From the NCBI GenBank assembly GCA_044222065.1, contig JBGAOA010000007.1, positions 1 through 64,000 on the forward strand: 64,000 nucleotides of DNA. Reading direction: 5' to 3'. The DNA is from Candidatus Eiseniibacteriota bacterium (GTDB lineage: Bacteria; Eisenbacteria; RBG-16-71-46). Every line of letters begins with the position of its first letter. The first letter of the stretch is position 1. A program made the position numbers and the translations under genes. The notes beneath the pieces were generated by a model. The model saw only the letters and a program-made list of their open reading frames with translations. It searched no databases and was not told the origin of the DNA. Shown here piece after piece: positions 47,715 to 56,335 of the stretch.

Positions 47715-48904
47715 GCGAGGTCTCCTTCCTTGAGCCACGACAGGTCCTGGAGCCGCGCGACGAGCGCGTACAGGAACGCGGCGCCGATCGCGCCGTCCAC
47801 GACGCGGTGGTCGAGCGACAGCGACAGGTTGCCGAGCTCGCGGATCGCGATCTGGTCGTTCACGACCGCGGGCCGCTTCTTGACCTCGTGCACGCCGAGG
47901 ATCGCGACCTGCGGGTGGTGGAGGATCGGCGTCGCGAGCACGCCGCCCTGCGCCCCGGTGCTCGTCACGGTGAACGTCGCGCCCTGCAGTTCCTCGAGCT
48001 TGAGCTTGTGGTCGCGCGCCGCGAGCGCGAGCCGGTCGAGTTCGCGCGCGAGTTCGAACAGCGGCTTCCGACCGGCGTCGTGGATCACGGGCACCGTGAG
48101 GCCGTCGAGCGTGTTCGTCGCGACGCCGAGGTGGAACGCGCTCTTGAGCACGATCTCGTGCGTGGCGTCGTCGAGACTCGCGTTCAGGTACGGGTGCTGG
48201 CGGAGCGGCTCGGCGAGCGCTTTCGCGACGTAGGGGAGGAACGTGAGCTTCGCTCCCGCCGCTTCGGCGCGCGCCTTGAGGCCCGCGCGGTGCCGCACGA
48301 CCTCGCTCCAGTCGCACTCGGCGACGAACGTGAACTGCGCCGCGGTCTGGAGCGAGTGCCGCATGTGCTCGGCGATCTTGCGGCGCAGCCCGCGCAGCGG
48401 CACGCGCGTCTCGCCTTCCGCCGCCGCCGCTTGTCCGGCGGGCCGCGCCGAAGAAGCGGCCGCGCGCTTCACGTCGTCGGCGGTGATCGCGCCGCCCGGG
48501 CCCGAGCCGGCGACGCCCACGAGCGCGACGCCGAGCTCCTTCGCGCGCGCGCGCACGGCGGGCGTCGCCTGCACGCGCGCGCTCGCGGGCGCGGCGGCCG
48601 GGGCCGCGGTCACCGTCGTCGCGGCCGCGTGCGAGGCGCCGGCCGGCGCCGCCACGGGCGTACCGCCCGCGACCTCGATCGAGACGATCACCTGGCCGAC
48701 GGGGACGATCTCGCCCGCCTCGGCGCACAGCGCCGCGATCGTGCCGGTGCGCGGCGAGGGGATCTCGACCGTGGCCTTGTCGGTCATCACCTCGACGAGA
48801 GGCTGATCTTCCTTCACCGCGTCGCCGGCCTTCACGAGCCAGCGCACGATCTCGCCTTCGGCGACGCCTTCACCGATGTCGGGCAGCTTCACGTCGTAGG
48901 TCAT
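47711..48904 (-). CDS. pdhC: Dihydrolipoamide acyltransferase E2
   Basis: Lipoyl motif 'TDKATVE', E3-binding 'ATPAVRARAKE', catalytic 'DHRVVDG'. Confidence 0.92.
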   Translation of the reverse strand: MTYDVKLPDIGEGVAEGEIVRWLVKAGDAVKEDQPLVEVMTDKATVEIPSPRTGTIAALCAEAGEIVPVGQVIVSIEVAGGTPVAAPAGASHAAATTVTAAPAAAPASARVQATPAVRARAKELGVALVGVAGSGPGGAITADDVKRAAASSARPAGQAAAAEGETRVPLRGLRRKIAEHMRHSLQTAAQFTFVAECDWSEVVRHRAGLKARAEAAGAKLTFLPYVAKALAEPLRQHPYLNASLDDATHEIVLKSAFHLGVATNTLDGLTVPVIHDAGRKPLFELARELDRLALAARDHKLKLEELQGATFTVTSTGAQGGVLATPILHHPQVAILGVHEVKKRPAVVNDQIAIRELGNLSLSLDHRVVDGAIGAAFLYALVARLQDLSWLKEGDLA

Positions 48905-48916
48905 CGCGTCCTCGTT

Positions 48917-49219
48917 CTAGTCCACGAAGTCGAAGCGTCCGACTTCCGATTCGCTCTGCCACAGCCGCGCGCCGCGCTCGGACAGCTCGGCGTAGCGCTG
49001 CGCGTGGGCGTGCTTGAACTGCTCGTAGGTCGTCTCGCTCGTCCAGCGGTCGGCGATCAGGTAGCGGCCCGGCACGCGCAGGTCCTTCATGAGCGTCACG
49101 CTCACGAACCCGGGCGCCTCGTGGAACAGCTGCACCCACGGGCCGTCGGGCCGGTAGAACGACTCGAAGTCTTCGACGCGTTCCGGCTTCGCGCGGTACT
49201 CCCACACGATCACGAGCAT
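48917..49219 (-). CDS. Antibiotic biosynthesis monooxygenase (ABM)-like protein
   Basis: 'VIVWEYRAKPERVEDFE...APGF...YLIADRWTS'. Confidence 0.75.
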   Translation of the reverse strand: MLVIVWEYRAKPERVEDFESFYRPDGPWVQLFHEAPGFVSVTLMKDLRVPGRYLIADRWTSETTYEQFKHAHAQRYAELSERGARLWQSESEVGRFDFVD

Positions 49220-49225
49220 GGGGCC

Positions 49226-50200
49226 TCAGTACTGGAGCACGTGCTCGATCGCGCGCATCACGCGCGGCGCATCGGGCAGGTAGGAGTGTTCGAGCGTGTA
49301 CGGGAACGGCGTGTCGTATCCGGTCACGCGCAGCACCGGCGCCTGAAGCGAGGTGAGCGCCTGTTCGGCGACGAGCGCCGCGAGTTCCGCGCCGTAGCCG
49401 CACGTGCGCGGCGCCTCGTGCAGGATCACGACGCGGCCGGTCTTGCGCACGCTCGCGAGCATCGTCTCGGTGTCGAGCGGCAGCAGCGTGCGCAGGTCCA
49501 CGACTTCGACCGACGCGCCCGCCGCCGCGGCCTTCTCGGCCGCCTCGACCGCGACCGGCACCATCGCGCCGTACGCGAGCACCGTGACCTGCTCGCCGGC
49601 GCGCGCGATCCGCGCGCGGCCGAGCGGCACGTGCGTGCGTCCCTCGGGCACGTCCTCCTTCACGCTTCGATAGAGGCGCTTCGGCTCGAGGAAGATCGTC
49701 GGGTCCTCGCTCGCGAGTGCGGCGAGCAGCAGGCCCTTCGCGTCGGCGGGCGTGGACGGGATCACGACCTGCAGTCCGCTCGTGTGGCAGAAGAAGGCCT
49801 CGGGGCTCTGCGAGTGGTAGAGCCCGCCGCGGATGCCGCCGCCGTAGGGCGCGCGCACGACGACGGGGCAGGCGTACTGGCCGGCGGAGCGCCACCGCAT
49901 CTTCGCGAGTTCCGAGACGATCTGGTCGAACGCCGGGTAGATGAAATCGACGAACTGGATCTCGGCGATCGGCTTCATGCCGTTCAGCGCGAGACCGATC
50001 GCGGCGCCGACGATTCCGTTCTCGGCGAGCGGCGTATCCGCGACCCGCTCCTCGCCGAACTCGGCGGCCAGGCCCTCGGTGACGCGGAACACGCCGCCGT
50101 TCCGGCCCACGTCCTCGCCGAGCACCATCACGCGCGGGTCCTCGCGGAGCGAGACGCGGAGCGCGTCGGTGATCGCCTGCACCATCGTCATCTGGGGCAT
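49226..50200 (-). CDS. pdhB: 2-oxoacid dehydrogenase E1 beta
   Basis: 'GEDVG..GGVFR', 'DTPLAE', 'EIQF', 'HSQSPE', 'DLRTL'. Confidence 0.92.
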   Translation of the reverse strand: MPQMTMVQAITDALRVSLREDPRVMVLGEDVGRNGGVFRVTEGLAAEFGEERVADTPLAENGIVGAAIGLALNGMKPIAEIQFVDFIYPAFDQIVSELAKMRWRSAGQYACPVVVRAPYGGGIRGGLYHSQSPEAFFCHTSGLQVVIPSTPADAKGLLLAALASEDPTIFLEPKRLYRSVKEDVPEGRTHVPLGRARIARAGEQVTVLAYGAMVPVAVEAAEKAAAAGASVEVVDLRTLLPLDTETMLASVRKTGRVVILHEAPRTCGYGAELAALVAEQALTSLQAPVLRVTGYDTPFPYTLEHSYLPDAPRVMRAIEHVLQY

Positions 50201-50343
50201 CGGGGGCTCTCCGTGTTGGGAAAGGACGCGGCAGCCTAGCCCAACCCGAGCGCGCTCGGCGAGCCGATTCGGGGCACGGCGCGCGGGCTCGCGCTGCGCG
50301 GCCGTCGCGACGTCGTCGCGCGTGCCCGGTCCACTCCTTAGCT

Positions 50344-50375
50344 TTGACAAACTCGAAATTTAGTCGTATCTAAAT
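50344..50375 (+). promoter_or_regulatory. mntR-mntH promoter with DtxR/MntR-type operator
   Basis: TTGACA at 50344; AT-rich palindrome ATTTAG-N6-CTAAAT at 50358-50375 covering the -10 region. Confidence 0.75.
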
Positions 50376-50413
50376 CGCGCCGCGCTCGACCGCCACCCCG
50401 GAGTTCCAACGCC

Positions 50414-51103
50414 GTGAAGGCTTCCACGCCCCGACTCTCGCGTTCGCGCGAGGACTACTTGAAGGCCCTGTTCGCGCTCGGCGCGGGCGAGGGTGTCGTC
50501 TCGGGCGCCGCCATCGCGCGCCGGCTCGAAGTGTCGGCGCCATCGGTCACGAACATGCTCGGCCGGCTCGCCGAGGAGCGGCTCGTCGAGTTCCTCGCGC
50601 GCGAAGGCGCGCGGCTCACGCCCGCGGGCAGGCGCGCCGCGATCGAAACCGTGCGGCGGCACCGCCTGCTCGAGACGTTCCTCGTGCGCGTGCTCGGCAT
50701 GGACTGGAGCGAGGCGCACGAGGACGCCGAGGTCCTCGAACACCACATCAGCGACCGCGTGATCGAGGCGCTCGACCGCCTCATGGGGAGTCCGACCGAG
50801 GACCCGCACGGACACCCGATCCCGGACCGACAGGGCCGAATCGCGCGCCGCGCGCTCGTCGCGCTGTCGGGCCTTCCGGCCGGCACGCGCGCGGTCGTGC
50901 GCGAGATCCGCGATCGCGACCACGCGCGCATGGCGCGCTGGAAGCGCGCGGGGCTCGTACCGGGCGCCGAGGTCGAGGTGCGGGCGGGCGAGCCGGACGA
51001 CGACCTGCTCGAACTGTCGGTGGACGGCCGCGTGCACACGGCGGCCCGCGCCGGAGTGGACGGCGTGTTCGTCGAGCGCCGCGCGGGGCGGAGGACGCGA
51101 TGA
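50414..51103 (+). CDS. mntR: DtxR/MntR family metal-dependent repressor with FeoA-like domain
   Basis: 'EDYLK', 'VSAPSVTNM', 'RRHRLLETFL', 'LEHHIS', 'DPHGHPIP'. Confidence 0.92.
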   Translation: MKASTPRLSRSREDYLKALFALGAGEGVVSGAAIARRLEVSAPSVTNMLGRLAEERLVEFLAREGARLTPAGRRAAIETVRRHRLLETFLVRVLGMDWSEAHEDAEVLEHHISDRVIEALDRLMGSPTEDPHGHPIPDRQGRIARRALVALSGLPAGTRAVVREIRDRDHARMARWKRAGLVPGAEVEVRAGEPDDDLLELSVDGRVHTAARAGVDGVFVERRAGRRTR

Positions 51104-53103
51104 GCGACGACGCCCGCTCGCTGTCCGAGGTTCACTCGAGCGTCCGCGTGCCGCACGGGCTGTCGTGGTTCCGGCGCCTGTTCGCGTTCGCGGGTCCCGC
51201 GTACCTCGTCAGCGTCGGCTACATGGACCCGGGCAACTGGGCGACCGACCTCGCGGGCGGCGCGCGCTTCGGCTACCAGCTCGTGTGGGTGCTCGTGATG
51301 AGCAACCTCATGGCGGTGCTGCTCCAGACGCTCGCGGCGCGCCTCGGCCTCGTCACGGGGAGGGACCTCGCGCAGGCGTGCCGCGACTACTACCCGCGCT
51401 GGCTCACCGCGCCGCTCTGGATCCTGTGCGAGATCGCGATCGTCGCGTGCGACCTCGCCGAAGTGCTCGGCGCGGCGATCGGCCTGCACCTGCTGTTCGG
51501 CCTGCCGCTCTTCTGGGGCGTGCTCGTCACCGCGCTCGACGTGCTCATCCTGCTGAGCCTGTCGCGTCTTGGCATGCGGCGGCTCGAGGTGCTCATCATC
51601 GGGCTCGTCTCGACGATCGGCGTGTGCTTCGCGATCGAGATGCTGCTCGCGCGGCCGGACGTGATGGCGGTGCTCGCGCACGTGATCCCGCGCAACTTCG
51701 ACGGCGTGCCGGAGCTGTTCGGCCGCGTGGACGGCGGCGGCGTGTCGGTGCTCGGCCTCCACGGCGACTCGCTGTTCATCGCAATGGGCATCCTCGGCGC
51801 GACCGTGATGCCCCACAACCTGTACCTGCACTCGGGGCTCGTGCAGACGCGCACCGTGCAGTCGTCGCGCGAAGGGAAGCGCGAGGCCGCGCGCTTCAAC
51901 CTGGTGGACACGATCGTCGCGCTCAACGCCGCGCTGTTCGTGAACGGGGCGATCCTCGTGCTCTCGGCCGCCGTGTTCCACGGCTCGGGCCACCGCGACG
52001 TCGCGAGCCTCGAGGACGCGCACCGACTGCTCGCGCCACTGCTCGGCACCGGGCTCGCCTCGACCGTGTTCGCGCTCGCGCTGCTGTGCTCCGGCCAGTC
52101 GAGCACGATCACCGGCACGCTCGCGGGCCAGATCGTCATGGAGGGCTTCCTGCGCGTGCGCATCCGGCCGTGGCTGCGGCGGCTCGTGAGCCGCGGCCTC
52201 GCGATCGTGCCGGCGGCACTCGTGATCCTGTGGCGCGGCTCGGGCGCCGTGGACGACCTGCTGCTGCTGTCGCAGGTCGTGCTGAGCCTGCAGCTCTCGT
52301 TCGCCGTCATTCCGCTCGTCACGTTCACGAGCGACCGCTCCAAGATGGGCGAGTTCGTGAACCCGCCGTGGGTCGTCGTGCTCGCCGTGCTCGTGACCGC
52401 GGTGATCGCCGGACTCAACGTGAAGCTCGTCGCCGACCAGGTCTCGGCGTGGTTCGGCGCGGCGGGGCCGAACGCGATCTGGCTCTGGTCGCTGCTCGTG
52501 CCGGCGCTCGCCGCGACCGGAGCGATGCTGCTCTACCTGCTGCTCGCGCCGATCGCGCAGCGGCTCTGGCCCGCGCTCGCGCCGCGGCGCGACGCCGTCG
52601 CGCCGGTCGAACTCGCGGGCTCGCGCGCGCGCGAGGCGGCGGCCGCTCCGGAGCCGCTCGCGGGCCTCGCGCCGCTCACGAGCTACGGGCGCGTCGCGCT
52701 CGCGATCGAGCTCGGCTGGGGCGACGACGCGGCGATCCGCTACCTGCGCGCGTCGTCGTTCGCGCCCGACGCCGAGCTGCTGCTCATCCACGTCGCCGAG
52801 AGCGCGGCGAGCCGCTACCTCGGCGTCGAGAGTTCCGACGTCGAGGCGCGCGCCGACGCGCTCGCGCTCGAATCACTCGCCGCGGACTTCCGCGCGCTCG
52901 GCGTGCGCGCCGAGGCGTGCCTCGCGCACGGCGACCCGGCCGAGGAAATCCGGCGGCTCGTCGAGGCGCGCGGCGTGGACCTGCTCGTCACGGGCGGCCA
53001 CGGCCACGGCGCGCTGCGCGACCTGATCTACGGCTCGACCGCCGCCGCCGTGCGGCACCGCGTGAAGTGTCCGGTGTTCAGCATCCCGGCGACGCGACCC
53101 TGA
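51100..53103 (+). CDS. mntH: Nramp Mn2+ transporter with C-terminal USP domain
   Basis: 'YMDPGN', 'MPHNLYLHS', 'GQIVMEGF'; USP-like 'LLIHVAE...GDPAEEI...DLLVTGGHGH...GST..VRHRVKCPV'. Confidence 0.93.
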   Translation: MSDDARSLSEVHSSVRVPHGLSWFRRLFAFAGPAYLVSVGYMDPGNWATDLAGGARFGYQLVWVLVMSNLMAVLLQTLAARLGLVTGRDLAQACRDYYPRWLTAPLWILCEIAIVACDLAEVLGAAIGLHLLFGLPLFWGVLVTALDVLILLSLSRLGMRRLEVLIIGLVSTIGVCFAIEMLLARPDVMAVLAHVIPRNFDGVPELFGRVDGGGVSVLGLHGDSLFIAMGILGATVMPHNLYLHSGLVQTRTVQSSREGKREAARFNLVDTIVALNAALFVNGAILVLSAAVFHGSGHRDVASLEDAHRLLAPLLGTGLASTVFALALLCSGQSSTITGTLAGQIVMEGFLRVRIRPWLRRLVSRGLAIVPAALVILWRGSGAVDDLLLLSQVVLSLQLSFAVIPLVTFTSDRSKMGEFVNPPWVVVLAVLVTAVIAGLNVKLVADQVSAWFGAAGPNAIWLWSLLVPALAATGAMLLYLLLAPIAQRLWPALAPRRDAVAPVELAGSRAREAAAAPEPLAGLAPLTSYGRVALAIELGWGDDAAIRYLRASSFAPDAELLLIHVAESAASRYLGVESSDVEARADALALESLAADFRALGVRAEACLAHGDPAEEIRRLVEARGVDLLVTGGHGHGALRDLIYGSTAAAVRHRVKCPVFSIPATRP

Positions 53104-53192
53104 TCGTCGCGAAGGGCGGGTTGGACGCGGGGCGCACGCGCACTAGTATCCGCCCGCCCTTCGTCACGGCGACCTCGAACGCGGAGCTTCCG

Positions 53193-53678
53193 GTGAGCGA
53201 TCGTCTGCAGCACGGCCGGCTCGCGGCCACGGTGTCCGAAATCCTCGACCTCGGCCCCGAGGTCCTGCCGCACTTCGAGATGGCGGCCGTGCCGACACTC
53301 GACGGCAACGAGCGCCCGGGCGAGGAGCCGCGCGTGCGCCGCCAGCTGCGCGCCGAGGGCGTGCGCGCGTCCCAGCACCGCGGCGTGCTGCTGCTCGAAC
53401 CCGGCGACCTCGAACGCCTCGCCGGCTCGGGGATCCTGAGCGGCTCCGACGAAGTGTTCTTCCTCGCCGAATGGAACGACGAGTTCGAGCCGTTCCCGGG
53501 CCGCGTGAGCGCCGACCTTCACGACTTCAACGAGTCCACGCCGCTCGGACTGGAAGAGTGGATGGTGGACAGCGGCTGCCTGCTCGCGATCGGCGACGGC
53601 CGCGGCGTGAACGTCGCGACGACGAGCCGGCCGCTCCTCGACCGGATCCGCGGCGCCTTCAAGGCCGCGAAGGGCTGA
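53193..53678 (+). CDS. Hypothetical protein
   Basis: Host codon usage, GGAG before GTG, upstream TTGGAC-N17-TAGTAT promoter at 53121-53149. Confidence 0.65.
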   Translation: MSDRLQHGRLAATVSEILDLGPEVLPHFEMAAVPTLDGNERPGEEPRVRRQLRAEGVRASQHRGVLLLEPGDLERLAGSGILSGSDEVFFLAEWNDEFEPFPGRVSADLHDFNESTPLGLEEWMVDSGCLLAIGDGRGVNVATTSRPLLDRIRGAFKAAKG

Positions 53679-53686
53679 GCGCCGGA

Positions 53687-54352
53687 ATGACGCATCGCCC
53701 CGCGGCCGGCCCCGCGCCGCGCCTCGTGCCGTTCACGATCGAAGGTCCGGCCGGTCCGCTCGAGGCGCTGCTGCAGGAGCACGACGAGCACGACCACACG
53801 CTCACGGCCGTCGTGTGCCATCCGCATCCGCTCTACGGCGGCACGATGCACAACAAGGTCGCGCACCGCGTCGCCTCCACGCTGCACGAACTCGGCGCCG
53901 CCGTCGTGCGCTTCAATTTCCGCGGCGTGGGGAAGAGCGCGGGGCAGCACGACCGCGGCCGCGGCGAGACCGAGGACGCGCGCGCCGCGCTCCGCTTCCT
54001 GCGCCAGCGTTACCCGGCCGCGCGCCGCTGGGTCGCAGGGTTCTCGTTCGGCTCGGGCGTCGCCGCGCGCCTCGCCGCGAGCGAGCCCGAGATCGAACGG
54101 CTGATCCTCGTCGCGCCTCCGGTCGCGAGCGTGAACTTCGACATCCTCAAGTCGCTCTCGACCCCGAAGCTCGTGCTCCAGGGAACGGCCGACACGACCT
54201 GCCCGCCGGAGCGGCTCTACGCCCAGTTCCCGACGTGGTCGCCGCCGCGCGAACTCATCGAGATTCCGAACGCCACCCACTTCTTCGACAAGCAGTTGGG
54301 CGCGCTCGCTCACGCACTGGAGCAGGCGCTCGGCGGGCGGAGCGCGGCGTGA
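53687..54352 (+). CDS. Alpha/beta-fold hydrolase
   Basis: 'CHPHPLYGGTMHNKV', 'RFNFRGVG', nucleophile elbow 'GFSFG', 'HFF'. Confidence 0.9.
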   Translation: MTHRPAAGPAPRLVPFTIEGPAGPLEALLQEHDEHDHTLTAVVCHPHPLYGGTMHNKVAHRVASTLHELGAAVVRFNFRGVGKSAGQHDRGRGETEDARAALRFLRQRYPAARRWVAGFSFGSGVAARLAASEPEIERLILVAPPVASVNFDILKSLSTPKLVLQGTADTTCPPERLYAQFPTWSPPRELIEIPNATHFFDKQLGALAHALEQALGGRSAA

Positions 54353-55269
54353 GCGCGCGACGCGTCCTCGCGTTTGCGCTGCTCGGGCTCGCGCTCGGCG
54401 GGTGCGGCCGGCCGGGCACGAACGAGCGTCCGACCGAGTCGGCGATGCCCGCGTCGGATGCCGGCTTCCCGTGGGCGCTCGACACGCTCTGGGACGACGG
54501 CCGCGCGGAGGTCTCGCGCTACGTCGGCACGACGATCCGCTACGACGCGCCGCGTGCGACCGAGGCGCGGATCGTCGTCGTGAAGGAGGACGTGCTGAAC
54601 GACCAGCTCGTGAAGAGCGATCGCGGCGCGATTCCCGGCCGGACGACCGAAGCGCTCAAGCAGATCGCGACGATCGAATTCACGACCGGGACTTACGGCT
54701 ACCGGCTCGCGTCCACGACGTTCTTCTTCCGCCGCTCGCTCGAGCCGTTCAAGGAGGTTGCGAGCACGTACGACGGCTGCGGCGTCACGACCGCGCGCGT
54801 CGGTCCCGCGCAGGGGCGGCTCATGCATTCGGCGCATTCCTACTGGGAGGGCGAGGCCGATCGCATGCTCGACGTGACGTGGCCGCTCGACGGCCGGCCG
54901 CGCGTGTGGTTCGACGCGCTGCCCGTGTGGCTGCGCGGCGCGCTCGACTCGGGCGCGGTGCCCGAGCGCGTGTGGCTCTTGCCGACGCAGATGAGCGGGC
55001 GCTCGCCCGCGAGCGCCGCGGTGCCCGTCGCGGCGGACCTCGTCGCCTCGGACGGCGGGGGGCTCAAAGTTCCCGCGGGCCGTGTCGCCGCGACGCGTCT
55101 CGTCGAGGTGCGCACTGCGGCCGACACGTCGCGCTGGTGGTTCGACGCGGTGGCGCCGCACGTGCTCGTGAAGTTCGAGTCGCGCGAGCGCACGCTCGAA
55201 CTCGCGAAGACGCTGCGGCTCGACTACTGGAACCACCGCGCGCCGGGCGACGAGGCGCTGCTCCGCTGA
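54349..55269 (+). CDS. Hypothetical lipoprotein
   Basis: GTGA overlap, lipobox 'LGGC', 'WDDGRAEVSRY', 'HSYWEGE', 'RLDYW..RAPGDE'. Confidence 0.7.
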   Translation: MSARRVLAFALLGLALGGCGRPGTNERPTESAMPASDAGFPWALDTLWDDGRAEVSRYVGTTIRYDAPRATEARIVVVKEDVLNDQLVKSDRGAIPGRTTEALKQIATIEFTTGTYGYRLASTTFFFRRSLEPFKEVASTYDGCGVTTARVGPAQGRLMHSAHSYWEGEADRMLDVTWPLDGRPRVWFDALPVWLRGALDSGAVPERVWLLPTQMSGRSPASAAVPVAADLVASDGGGLKVPAGRVAATRLVEVRTAADTSRWWFDAVAPHVLVKFESRERTLELAKTLRLDYWNHRAPGDEALLR

Positions 55270-55335
55270 GCCCGGCGCATCGGGCGGGGGTCGAGCGCCG
55301 CGTTCCGGCGTCGCCCGCAGCCCGGGCGACGAACC

Positions 55336-56274
55336 TCAGCTCTCGGCCTTGAGGCCGCCGCCCTCGCGCCGCTGCGCCCGCTCGCTCTCGAGCGCGGGCT
55401 CCACGTGCACCACGACGTCCGTGAGGCCGGCCCAGCGCGCCCGCAGCCGCTGCTCGACGCGGTGGCCGATCGCGTGCGCGTCGGCGACCGGCAGCGCCGG
55501 GTCCACGAGCACGTGCAGGTCCACGTGGATGTCGTCGTCGGGACCGCGCGAGCGCACGTTGTGCGCCTCGCGCACGCCGGGCTCGCCGAGCGCGGTCTCT
55601 TCGATGTCGCGCGGGTCGATGCGCCGCTCGTCCGAGAGCGTGGACAGCGTGTGCCGCAGGATCTCGAGGCCGGCGCGCAGGATCAGCGCCACGATCATCG
55701 CCGCCGCGATCACATCGGCCCACACGAGCCCGAGCTTCGTCGCGGCGAAGCTCACGAGCACGAGCACGCTCGCGAGCACGTCGCTGCCGGTGTGCGCCGC
55801 GTCCGAGAGCAGCAGCTCGCTCTGGAGCCGACGGCCCTCGCGGCGCTCGAGCCACACGACGAACAGGTTCACGCCGATCGTCGCGACCAGGATCACGACG
55901 CCGGCGATCGAGACCTGCGGCACCGCCGGATGGCGCAGGCGCTCGATCGCCGCCGTGACGATCTCGTGGCAGCCGAAGAACAGCATGCCGGCGATGCCGA
56001 GTGCGGCGAACGTCTCGTACTTGCGGTGTCCGTACGGGTGGTTGTCGTCGGGCGGGCGGCGCGACACCGCGATGCCGACGAGCCCGATCACGTTGCTCGA
56101 GCCGTCGAGCAGGGAGTGGATGCCGTCGGCCGTGATCGAGAGCGCGCCGCTGCGATAGCCGTACACGAGCTTCGCCACCGCGACGAGCAGGTTGAGCCCG
56201 AGGATCTGCCACAGCACGAGTGAGATCGCATCGAGGCGGCGTGCCGCCTGAGGCTTGAGCGCGGTCTCGTTCAC
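55336..56274 (-). CDS. Cation diffusion facilitator transporter
   Basis: 'ADGIHSLLD', 'PPDDNHPYGHRKYE', 'DAAHTGSD', 'DVVVHVEP'. Confidence 0.9.
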   Translation of the reverse strand: MNETALKPQAARRLDAISLVLWQILGLNLLVAVAKLVYGYRSGALSITADGIHSLLDGSSNVIGLVGIAVSRRPPDDNHPYGHRKYETFAALGIAGMLFFGCHEIVTAAIERLRHPAVPQVSIAGVVILVATIGVNLFVVWLERREGRRLQSELLLSDAAHTGSDVLASVLVLVSFAATKLGLVWADVIAAAMIVALILRAGLEILRHTLSTLSDERRIDPRDIEETALGEPGVREAHNVRSRGPDDDIHVDLHVLVDPALPVADAHAIGHRVEQRLRARWAGLTDVVVHVEPALESERAQRREGGGLKAES

Positions 56275-56335
56275 GCGAGGGGCTCCATGCCGCGCATCAT
56301 GCGGCGCTCACGGCCGCGCGAGCAAGCGCCGCGGG

